DNA of 27,386 nucleotides, taken from contig CAXUCT010000006.1 in assembly GCA_964249415.1 (NCBI GenBank), positions 1 to 27,386 of the forward strand, given 5' to 3'. Below, piece by piece: positions 8,959 to 17,389 of this stretch. The notes below the pieces were generated by a model that saw only the letters and a program-made list of their open reading frames with translations, was not told the DNA's origin and ran no database searches. Made by a program: the position numbers and the translations under genes. Each line of letters starts with the position of its first letter. Within the stretch, counting starts at the first letter, position 1. The DNA is from an uncultured Bryobacteraceae bacterium (GTDB lineage: Bacteria; Acidobacteriota; Terriglobia; Bryobacterales; Bryobacteraceae).

Positions 8959-10113
8959 ATGTTATCTACTTCAATCCAAAGTCAGGTCTCCCTCGACTCC
9001 GAATACGACGCCGTAATCGTCGGCGGTGGCTTTTATGGCTGCTGCTTGGCACTCGCGCTCGCACGCCGGCTCCCGCGCATTCTGATACTTGAGCGCGAGC
9101 GAGATCTCCTCACGCGTGCTTCCTACGCCAATCAGGCCCGCGTCCATAACGGCTATCACTATCCCCGAAGCTTGCTCACGGGAATGCGCTCCGCTGCGAA
9201 TTACCCGCGCTTCATCAAAGAGTTTGAAGATTGCATTGATCACACGTTCCATCAGGTCTACGCCATTGCGCGCGGCAGTTCAAAGGTCACGGCCTATCAG
9301 TTTCGCAAGTTTTGTGAACAGGTCGGCATTCCTGTAAAGCTCGCCCCACCGTCTATCCTGAAGCTCTTTAATCCAGCGTTGATTGAGGGTGCCGTCTCTA
9401 CTGAAGAATGCGCCTTTGACGCCGCCAAGCTAAGAGCCCGTATGCTCCTGAAGCTTCGGGAGGCCGGCGTTTCTGTTGCCTGCAATCAGGAAGCGGAACG
9501 CGTGCTCAAGGCTCCGGATAACTCCATCACAACAGTTCTGCGCGACGGCTCCGAAGTGAACTCTTCCTATGTCTTTAATTGCACTTACTCGCATATTAAC
9601 CAGCTGTTGGCCAGGTCCGGGTTGCCCAAGTTACCCCTGAAACACGAGACGGCTGAACTGGCCATCGTCGAAGTGCCCGATGTCTTAAGACGCGTTGGTC
9701 TGACTGTAATGGATGGTCCATTCTTTTCTTCCATGCCTTTCCCCGCGCTAGGGCTGCACAGCTTTTCTCACGTCAGGTATACACCCCATGAAAGCTGGAG
9801 CGATTTCAGCGGTGCGGATTCCACTCGCGGCCGCGCAGAACCCAAGTCCAACGCCGTATTCATGCTGAAGGACGCGCAGAGATTCGTTCCCGCGCTTCGC
9901 GACGCTCGCGTCGTTCAATCGCTATTTGAAACCAAAACTGTGCTCTTACAAAACGAAGTGGACGACGGCCGTCCCATACTCTGTCGAGCCGACCACGGAA
10001 TCAAAAACCTATTTGTCATCCTCGGAGCGAAAATCGACAACATCTACGACATTATCGAGACCCTCGAAGCCCGGCATTTCGAACGGAGGGCCGCCTATGA
10101 AGCCTGCTATTGA
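8959..10113 (+). CDS. FAD-dependent oxidoreductase (DAO-like Rossmann fold; alternative TTG start at 8950)
   Basis: AVIVGGGFYG dinucleotide-binding motif, ILERE, RASYANQARVHNGYHYPRS and C-terminal GAKIDNIYD. No signal peptide seen. Confidence 0.85.
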   Translation: MLSTSIQSQVSLDSEYDAVIVGGGFYGCCLALALARRLPRILILERERDLLTRASYANQARVHNGYHYPRSLLTGMRSAANYPRFIKEFEDCIDHTFHQVYAIARGSSKVTAYQFRKFCEQVGIPVKLAPPSILKLFNPALIEGAVSTEECAFDAAKLRARMLLKLREAGVSVACNQEAERVLKAPDNSITTVLRDGSEVNSSYVFNCTYSHINQLLARSGLPKLPLKHETAELAIVEVPDVLRRVGLTVMDGPFFSSMPFPALGLHSFSHVRYTPHESWSDFSGADSTRGRAEPKSNAVFMLKDAQRFVPALRDARVVQSLFETKTVLLQNEVDDGRPILCRADHGIKNLFVILGAKIDNIYDIIETLEARHFERRAAYEACY

Positions 10114-11119
10114 GCACATCAATACGGTAGAAATGAAAGATACTCCGCTGAATACCGACGTCGTTGTGTCGGTCTCAGCCATCTTGCCGCCTGACGCGCA
10201 AGCCATCGAATCCTTCGTTCGCGCCATGCTCGGCGTGCTGCGTTCCCGGTACTCCTATTACGAGCTTCTGCTGATCGATAATGGCCTGACACTTGGACTT
10301 AACAATCAAGTCCAGCTCCTCCAAGACGTGCTTCCTAACGTGCGCTTAGTCCGGCTCTCCCGTCACTACGGCAAAGAAGTAGCCATCGCGGCCGCGCTTG
10401 ACCATTGCATCGGCGATTACGTCGTGGTCATGGATCCAACCACCGATCCGCCTGAATTGGTCCCCGCCCTGATCGCGCGCGCCATTGCAGGCTGCGACAC
10501 GGTTGTCGCTGAACCGGCAAACCGTGCCCCTGGCCGCCTCCAGCAATACCTATCAGCGCCCGTTTACCGCCTCGCCAGCCGGATCCTAGGCTTTCCGCTG
10601 CGCCCCGATGAATCGTACTTCCGGGTCTTCAGCCGCCGCCTTGTTAACTCCATCATCAGGATCCGCAGTAAGAGCCGCTATCTTACGTGCCTGAACGGAT
10701 CCGTTGGTCTTCAATCCTGCACCATCTTCTACGACGCAGCCCAGCTCCGCCACAAACACTCGGCCTTGCGCCGCGTCGTCCGTCAGTTGATCGACGCCAG
10801 CGATATTCTTGTCTCAAACAGCGCCACGCCCTTGCGCTTCGCTTCTTTTCTTGGACTCGTCGCATGCGTCGCCAATCTGCTTTATCTGTTCTACATTCTC
10901 GGGGTCAGTTTGGTGAAGGCCCGCATCGCTGAGGGCTGGTTAACCACTTCCGTTACTCATACGTTGATGTTCCTGCTGATGTTCTTCATCATGACCATCC
11001 TTTCCGAGTACATTGCGCGCATTCTCGACGAGACAAAGGACCAGCCTCTCTATTTCGTCGAATCGGAAAGTAACAGCACGGTCTCTTCTGCAACACACGA
11101 ACGCCTTAACGTCGTCTAA
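10097..11119 (+). CDS. GtrB/ArnC-like GT2 membrane protein with degenerate catalytic motifs
   Basis: LSRHYGKEVAIAAALDH, DPPELV, two C-terminal TM helices and LSEYIARILDETKDQPLYFVE. Start reassigned from 9926 to ATG 10097, overlapping the oxidoreductase by 17 nt. Confidence 0.85.
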   Translation: MKPAIEHINTVEMKDTPLNTDVVVSVSAILPPDAQAIESFVRAMLGVLRSRYSYYELLLIDNGLTLGLNNQVQLLQDVLPNVRLVRLSRHYGKEVAIAAALDHCIGDYVVVMDPTTDPPELVPALIARAIAGCDTVVAEPANRAPGRLQQYLSAPVYRLASRILGFPLRPDESYFRVFSRRLVNSIIRIRSKSRYLTCLNGSVGLQSCTIFYDAAQLRHKHSALRRVVRQLIDASDILVSNSATPLRFASFLGLVACVANLLYLFYILGVSLVKARIAEGWLTTSVTHTLMFLLMFFIMTILSEYIARILDETKDQPLYFVESESNSTVSSATHERLNVV

Positions 11120-11140
11120 GCCGCTCTTCGTTTATCTCGC

Positions 11141-13123
11141 GTGAGTACCCAAATCACATCACAGCTCGCTACTGAACTGCTCCCAACGCCTCTTCCCCGG
11201 CAAGAGTCCGTCAGGCGTGATCTGGCCATTCTTCTTGTCTTAAGTGCATTGCTCTCCCTTGCGCGCTGGTGTACTCTCGAAAGCTTTTGGGGTGATTCGC
11301 CGCGCTGGATCTTCGAAGCGTATCGTGGCGCTTCGGGAGAGCTTCTGTATCGCGACTTTGCATGGCAGTATCCTCCCCTGCCGTTACTGTTGTGTAGCAG
11401 CGCCCTCCAATTGCTGGGCTCAACGTTTTGGTCGGTGCAACTGCTGCTCGATCTTGTTAGCGCGGCCGTCGTCATTTTGACATGGGACTTAGGCCGCCGG
11501 CTTCTGCCAAAGCCTCTGCCCTTACTCGCTGCCGCTGCCATGGCGTGTGCAGGTGCTTCGAACCCCAGTAACTTCGCGGTTTTGTCGATCAAGGTGTTTT
11601 ACACGTAATTCTTCGTCGGCATGATCGGCCTGCTCATCGTGTTGCGCGAGGTTGTCGATTATCTGCGGGCGGGGACCTGGGGTGCGCGCAGGCTAAGTTG
11701 GCTCGCCCTCGGAGCCGCGGTTTGTCTTCTCAGCAAGCCTGAGTACATTCTGGGCTTGGCCGGATGCTTGGCTGCTCTCGCTCTCGCCGACTTACGTGTT
11801 TGGTATCGAGACCGCACGTTCTCTTCCTGGCTCGTTCAGTACACCAAAATCTTGTTGGCATGCGTTGCTCCGTCGCTTATGGTCTACGCGGTATTCGCAT
11901 TTCTATGCGGCCCCCGAAACGTAATCGCCGGTGTAGGCGGATACGGACTCGCTGCCCTTAGCTGCCCCTGGTGGCCTACCGGACTCGGTCTGTTTGGCGC
12001 AGTGGCCGCACTCGGGTATGGAGTCATCGATGCCGCTCTCCTCTCGCTCACCCGTTTTACAGCTTTCAAGCAACGCTACGGCAGCCGGTATAACCTTCTT
12101 TGGGCCGCTACAGCCGTTGCGCTGGTAATCGCCGCGCTGTACTTACCGTTCTGCGCCGAGCTCCCCATGTTTCAGGGACACATCACGGTTCCTCGCGCGC
12201 TGACCTACTTTCTCTCTACCGGAACGGTCTTGCTCCCGGTCATGTGGTTCTCTATAGTCTTGTGTGGATGGCTGGCCGTGCGGCTGCTCAAATCTCTGAA
12301 AGCTCGCATCCGCTTTAGCACCGGCGATGCCATCCTGTTCAGCATTCTCAGTTCCGCAGTGCTGATCTCGCTCCGCGGCTTGTTCAACGGAACCATGAGT
12401 CAGCTTAGTCTTGCCAGCGTTGCTGCTTACCCGATCTGGTTCCTCATCGGTCCTTATTTATTGATCCGCGTTCTCCAGCGCGCCAAACCAACAAATCTCG
12501 AAGACCGCTTTAGCATTGCCTTTGCACCCTTCCCCGTCACAGCTGTCGTCGCGGTGTTTCTAGTCTTTCGGCTCCTTAATGTCGTAGCGGGCGAAGTGAG
12601 AAGGCCCTACGCCCGTATTGTCACTCCCGCGGGAACGGTCCGCGTAACCGACACATCCGTCAGTCCCCAAGTCTACGCTTACATTGCCGGCCACTCTTCT
12701 CCTCACGAGCCCATTCTTGATTTGGCCGGAGGCGGAGGTATCAACTTGGCAGACCGCCGGCCAAGTCCGCTCTTTTCTACCCAATTCACCGCCCTAGAGC
12801 CTCCCGCTAGATATCTACGACTCGATGAAAGCCTAATGCGTCAGCATCCCCCGCGGCTTGTCATTGCCAGTGCGGGCGCTAATTTCGGCGCCACTTACGG
12901 CATCTGCATGAACACCGGCTGTACCTTTCCTGTTTTAGTCTGGCGCTCCCACCGCCCGGCTTGTGAAGCTTCCGTAGCGTTTCCTGTGCTGGACTATGTC
13001 CGGCAAAACTATCATCCGCTCGCCCGCTTTGGCGACAAAATTATCTACTCCCGTCATGGCAGTTTAGATGAAAATCCGTTACCTAATACAACTAACCTTC
13101 TTAGCTCTGCTCACGCTCAGTAG
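11141..13123 (+). pseudogene. GT-C-like multi-TM membrane protein interrupted by an in-frame TAA at 11606-11608 (ORF track fragments 11141-11608 and 11621-13123)
   Basis: Both ORFs are in the same frame and read ...IKVFYT*FFVGMIGLL... N-terminal loop GDSPRW...GELLYRDFAWQYPP resembles GT-C lipid-linked-sugar transferases, followed by many TM segments and a C-terminal soluble domain. No SD before ATG 11621. Confidence 0.7.
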
Positions 13124-15104
13124 CGTGCTTGGTGGCGCAATTATAGATTCAGATTGGCGCTGCTATGGTAAGGACCCCGCCTTTACTCATTTCTCGAGCC
13201 TCGATCAGATCAACAAGGCGAACGCCGGCAATCTCCGGGTCGCGTGGGTTCACCACACCGGTCATGCTAATACAAGCCTGAAGACTACCATTGAGTGCAA
13301 TCCGCTGGTGGTGAATGGAACCGTCTATGTGACGTCACCTGTCTTAGAAGTGATTGCGCTCGAAGGCGCCACTGGCCGGCAAATTTGGAAGTATAACCCC
13401 TTTCCTTTTGAATACGATCTTTTTTATAACTGGCTCTTCTATCTCATCGTGCTCCTCGTTTCGGGGTCGCTCTGGCTCATGGTCCGAATGCGGAAACGAC
13501 AGAACGCCCCAGTTAGCGTCACCGTTCAGTGCGCGGCAGCCCTCTTTCTACTTGCCGGGGTCAGCCTCGATCCTCGCCACTTACTCACTCCCATGAACCA
13601 GGAGCGCCGGCAAGGGCCCAGCCGCGGGTTGAGCTACTGGGAATCCGGCTCGGACAAACGCATCTTCTTCGCCGGCGGCCATCATTTGATCGCGTTGAAC
13701 GCTCTCACAGGCAAGCCCATCCCCAGCTTTGGCGCAAACGGCAGTGTAGATCTCACGCAGGGCCTGGAGCGTAACATCGACGGCCAAATATACGCCGTCA
13801 CTACGCCTGGCGCCATCTATAAAGACCTCATCATTATCGGAGCGAAAGTAGGCGAAGGCCCGCTACCCGCCGCTCCTGGCGACGTTCGTGCTTTCGACGT
13901 GCGCACCGGAGAGCAGAAGTGGATCTTTCATACCATCCCTCATCCGGGTGAGGCCGGTTATGACACTTGGCCCGCCGATACCTGGAAACATGTCGGCGGC
14001 GCAAACCCTTGGGGCGGTATGAGTCTGGATCCCGTGCGCGGTTACGTCTTTGTGCCAACCGGTTCCGCAACGTTCGACTTCTACGGTGGTGATCGCGCCG
14101 GGAAGGACCTCTTCGCCGATTCGGTGATTGCGCTCCAAGCCGGTACCGGCAAGCTCGTCTGGTACTACCAGACAGTCCATCACAATCTGTGGGATTACGA
14201 TTTAGCGTCTCCACCGAATTTAGTGACAGTACAGCACGACGGAAAACCTGTCGACGCTGTCGTACAGCCTTCGAAAAGCGGTTTGGTCTTTGTGTTGAAT
14301 CGCGACACCGGCCAACCGTTGTTCCCCGTCGAAGAGCGCCCCGTACCGCAATCCACGCTCAATGGCGAGCAGGCGTGGGGCACCCAACCTTATCCGTTGA
14401 AACCACCGCCATTAGCGCGAACCGAGATTACAGAAAACGATTTAACTGATATCACGCCGCAAGCCCACGAGTTCGCTCTTCGTGAGTTCCGCAAAGCAGC
14501 GTCCGCTCGAATTTACGCTCCGCCCAGCACCCACCTGACGATCGTGACGCCGGGCTTCCACGGCGGAGCAAACTGGAGCGGATCTTCTGTCGATCCCCGT
14601 ACCGCGCGCCTGGTAGTCAATTCCAATGACATACCGTTCACGCTGCAAATGAGGACACCGAGGTTTTGGCAGCCATACAGATGGAGCTTTTACGGCTTTC
14701 ATCGATTCGCTGACCAGGACGGCTACCCTGCGGTTAAGCCGCCTTGGGGCAAACTGACCGAGATCAATCTCAATACCGGTGACATCGCCTGGCAGATTCC
14801 CTTGGGGGAATATCCGGAACTTGCCGCCAAGGGTATTCCAACTACTGGAACTGAGAACGCCGGCGGCTCCATCATCACCGCCGGAGGGCTCATCTTCATC
14901 GGGTCCACATTCGACGAAAAGTTCCGCGCTTTCGATGTCGATACCGGGAAACTGCTGTGGCAAACCAAGCTGGACGCAGCTGCACACGCGTCGCCCTCCA
15001 CTTACTCAATCAACGGCAAGCAGTACGTGCTAACGGCCGCTGCCGGCGGTTCCATGGTGGAGAGCCCGGCCGGTGACGAGTACGTCGCCTTCACTCTTCC
15101 CTAG
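13068..15104 (+). CDS. PQQ-dependent dehydrogenase (glucose/quinate dehydrogenase-like beta-propeller) with signal peptide and an internal hydrophobic insertion
   Basis: DWRCYGKD...HFSSLDQIN, ECNPLVVNG, GDVRAFDVRTG, GGANPWGGMSLD, HHNLWDYD, PGFHGGANWSG, PPWGKL, ENAGGSIITAGGLIFIG and repeated TG..LW propeller motifs. Confidence 0.9.
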   Translation: MKIRYLIQLTFLALLTLSSVLGGAIIDSDWRCYGKDPAFTHFSSLDQINKANAGNLRVAWVHHTGHANTSLKTTIECNPLVVNGTVYVTSPVLEVIALEGATGRQIWKYNPFPFEYDLFYNWLFYLIVLLVSGSLWLMVRMRKRQNAPVSVTVQCAAALFLLAGVSLDPRHLLTPMNQERRQGPSRGLSYWESGSDKRIFFAGGHHLIALNALTGKPIPSFGANGSVDLTQGLERNIDGQIYAVTTPGAIYKDLIIIGAKVGEGPLPAAPGDVRAFDVRTGEQKWIFHTIPHPGEAGYDTWPADTWKHVGGANPWGGMSLDPVRGYVFVPTGSATFDFYGGDRAGKDLFADSVIALQAGTGKLVWYYQTVHHNLWDYDLASPPNLVTVQHDGKPVDAVVQPSKSGLVFVLNRDTGQPLFPVEERPVPQSTLNGEQAWGTQPYPLKPPPLARTEITENDLTDITPQAHEFALREFRKAASARIYAPPSTHLTIVTPGFHGGANWSGSSVDPRTARLVVNSNDIPFTLQMRTPRFWQPYRWSFYGFHRFADQDGYPAVKPPWGKLTEINLNTGDIAWQIPLGEYPELAAKGIPTTGTENAGGSIITAGGLIFIGSTFDEKFRAFDVDTGKLLWQTKLDAAAHASPSTYSINGKQYVLTAAAGGSMVESPAGDEYVAFTLP

Positions 15105-15136
15105 CCGAAAACGCCGCCATTCCAATCCCTCCTTCC

Positions 15137-15140
15137 GGAG
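15137..15140 (+). promoter_or_regulatory. Shine-Dalgarno (GGAG) of the 533-aa gene
   Basis: GGAG 6 nt upstream of ATG 15147. Confidence 0.55.
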
Positions 15141-15146
15141 CTTTAA

Positions 15147-16748
15147 ATGAAGTTATCGAGACCAATCCTCTTCGTCTTAGCGGGTATCGTTGTAGCCTCC
15201 TGCGTCGTTCTGGTCGCCGGACATCGATATAACGTAAAAGCGGAGTTCTCAAACGACGGACTGAAATCCCTACAATCCAACGGCTTCGACTTCCTCGGGA
15301 ATGGGGGCTTTTTCATCCATGATGTCTTCCTCCGAAACCCCAGCGGAGAAACTCGTCCGGGCGCCACGGATGGCGACCATACGTTCAATGCCCAGCGTCA
15401 GGAGCTTGATCGAACTTTTCCTTGGGGGCATATCAAAGTCACTTACTCCACGTCGCACAAGCGCCTTCTCCTCAGCATTCTCACTACAAACACGTCGGAT
15501 TCGGATACGATCCAGAGTGTCTGGTATCAGCCACTCACGCTGAAGTTACCTACGAAAGCCAAAGAGTACGATGGATCCATTCCGCTGCTCGCTTACAATG
15601 TCGGCGAGGTAGCAGTCTCCAAAGTTTCGTTCGACTCGGGAGCATTGGCGGCTGTAAGCGAAGACGTGGCAAAGCCGATACTAATCGGCTTTCCTTGGGC
15701 CGACAACCGGCCGGAGAACACGATTTTTCCTTTATCCGTAAGCACCGGGCGCGTGAAGTCCTACCCGGACAGCATTCCCGCCATCAATCGTCCCATCGCT
15801 CCTGGGAGCACCGACGAATACCGCCTATCAATTCGTTTTGGCCCTGTTTCGGAGACAGAAACTGAGTTTGCTTCCGATGTCTACCAGAAGTTTGGCAAGG
15901 TTTATCCCTCAACTTTGAACTGGCCGGACCGGCGTGCCATCGGCGCTATCTTCCTCGGTTCCTCGGGGGAGACCTCCGAAAACAACCCTCGTGCCTGGTT
16001 CGACGATCACAATCTGAACATCAACACTCCTGCCGGCTGCGCGGAGTTCCGCCGGCGCATATTAGGCCTGGCCGACAGCGCCGTCTCCATCATGAAAGAC
16101 ATGCATGCCCAGGGAGCAATCACTTGGGATATTGAAGGCGAACAGTACACGCACGCGAACTACATCGGTGATCCCCGCTTAACGAATGAACTCGCGCCGG
16201 AGATGGCTACTCTCGCCGATGAATACTTCGCTCGCTTTCGTCGCGCAGGTCTCCGCGTAGGCATCTGCATTCGGCCGCAGCAACTCCACGTTTCAGCGGA
16301 TAGGAAGGACGCTACCCAGATCGCCTTAGCCGATCCTACTCCCGTGCTGATTGACAAGATCAATTACGCGAAAAAGCGCTGGGGCGCTACGATCTTCTAC
16401 ATCGATTCGAACGTCAACTCTTACGACGCGAATCCCATGGATGTAAACGTAATGCAGAAGTTGAGCGCCACCTTCCCCGATGTCCTATTCGTGCCCGAGC
16501 ACTCGAATTTGCGCTATTACGCCTACTCCGCGCCGTATCGAGAACTGCGGCAAGGCTTCGCCGGTACCACCGACTTTACTCACGATACATACCCGAAGGC
16601 CTTCACGGTCATCTACACAGCCGATGGCCTGATCGACTACTACCACAAGAGCTTGGCCAGCGCCGTCAAAGGCGGCGACAGTCTGATGTATCGCACTTGG
16701 TGGCGCGATCCTCAGAACGACAAGCTCAAGATGCTCGCCAGCCGCTAA
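15147..16748 (+). CDS. Uncharacterised exported or membrane-anchored protein, putative glycoside-hydrolase-like (paralog of 25813-27386)
   Basis: N-terminal hydrophobic segment (ILFVLAGIVVASCVVLVAG), beta-rich N-terminal half, and a C-terminal half with WDIEG, YIGDP, APEM, RPQQ, RWGATIFYIDS, VPE shared with the minus-strand paralog. The CDS is solid; the function is inference. Confidence 0.75.
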   Translation: MKLSRPILFVLAGIVVASCVVLVAGHRYNVKAEFSNDGLKSLQSNGFDFLGNGGFFIHDVFLRNPSGETRPGATDGDHTFNAQRQELDRTFPWGHIKVTYSTSHKRLLLSILTTNTSDSDTIQSVWYQPLTLKLPTKAKEYDGSIPLLAYNVGEVAVSKVSFDSGALAAVSEDVAKPILIGFPWADNRPENTIFPLSVSTGRVKSYPDSIPAINRPIAPGSTDEYRLSIRFGPVSETETEFASDVYQKFGKVYPSTLNWPDRRAIGAIFLGSSGETSENNPRAWFDDHNLNINTPAGCAEFRRRILGLADSAVSIMKDMHAQGAITWDIEGEQYTHANYIGDPRLTNELAPEMATLADEYFARFRRAGLRVGICIRPQQLHVSADRKDATQIALADPTPVLIDKINYAKKRWGATIFYIDSNVNSYDANPMDVNVMQKLSATFPDVLFVPEHSNLRYYAYSAPYRELRQGFAGTTDFTHDTYPKAFTVIYTADGLIDYYHKSLASAVKGGDSLMYRTWWRDPQNDKLKMLASR

Positions 16749-16753
16749 GATAC

Positions 16754-17326
16754 ATGGAACTCCCGGCGCCTCTCATCGTTGATCTCGACGGTACTCTTGT
16801 CTTAACCGACACGCTGCATGAAGCGTTCCTTGCTTTGCTCCGAGTCAATCCCTGGCTTGCCTTCACGGCCCTGTTCTCCATACCGCAAGGCCGCGCCAAG
16901 TTCAAGGAGCGAATTGCAGAAGTCACGCCCTTGGAACTGGCACGCCTTCCCTACAACAGCGACCTCGTGCTTTATCTGAAGTCTCAGGGCCATCGTCGCT
17001 TGATCCTTGCCACGGGCGCTCCCAGGAAGATAGCTGCCGCAGTCGCGGCCCACTTAGGCATCTTTGAGTGCGTTCTTTGTACGGAAGGCAAAATCAACTT
17101 AACCGGCGAAAGAAAGGCCGTCGCCATTGCCAAGTATCTGAACGGTGGCGGTTTCGTCTACGCGGGCAACTCGCGCGCCGATCTGCCTGTATGGGCACGA
17201 GCTAAAGCTGCTCTTGTCGTGAACGCGTCTCCGTCTCTCGCTCGTGAAGTAAACAAGCTGGGCATCAACATAGACCGGGAGTTTCCACGTAGCGTTTCTC
17301 CCTGGCGGCTTCTCTTCCGTCGGTAG
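16754..17326 (+). CDS. HAD-superfamily phosphatase resembling the N-terminal domain of HAD-UbiA fusion proteins
   Basis: IVDLDGTL (motif I), LILATGA (motif II), GERKA (motif III) and YAGNSRADLPVW (motif IV). Start reassigned from 16697 to ATG 16754. Confidence 0.85.
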   Translation: MELPAPLIVDLDGTLVLTDTLHEAFLALLRVNPWLAFTALFSIPQGRAKFKERIAEVTPLELARLPYNSDLVLYLKSQGHRRLILATGAPRKIAAAVAAHLGIFECVLCTEGKINLTGERKAVAIAKYLNGGGFVYAGNSRADLPVWARAKAALVVNASPSLAREVNKLGINIDREFPRSVSPWRLLFRR

Positions 17327-17377
17327 CCTGGCTTAAACCCTCCACCCCGTCATTCGCGCAATAACGCGGTCTCTATC

Positions 17378-17381
17378 AGGA
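17378..17381 (+). promoter_or_regulatory. Shine-Dalgarno-like AGGA of the UbiA-family gene
   Basis: AGGA 8 nt upstream of ATG 17390. Confidence 0.45.
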
Positions 17382-17389
17382 TTTATTGC

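Noticed and set aside
9926-10096. ORF-track N-terminal extensions (9926 for the GT2; also 4347 for WcaF and 16697 for HAD)
   Set aside because: They overlap upstream genes extensively and precede the family N-terminal motifs, so downstream ATGs at 10097, 4464 and 16754 fit better.
6375-17326. Idea of a bacterial ascorbate-like pathway (GME + HAD phosphatase + PQQ dehydrogenase + FAD oxidoreductase)
   Set aside because: The flavoprotein has a GxGxxG DAO-like fold, not the VAO/aldonolactone-oxidase type. No GDP-L-galactose phosphorylase is seen, the HAD is tied to the UbiA gene, and glycan context explains GME more simply.
11606-17326. Alternative genetic code or systematic stop-codon reassignment suggested by two in-frame stops
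   Set aside because: The two stops differ (TAA and TAG), and TAA, TAG and TGA all terminate other genes here exactly where the next gene starts.
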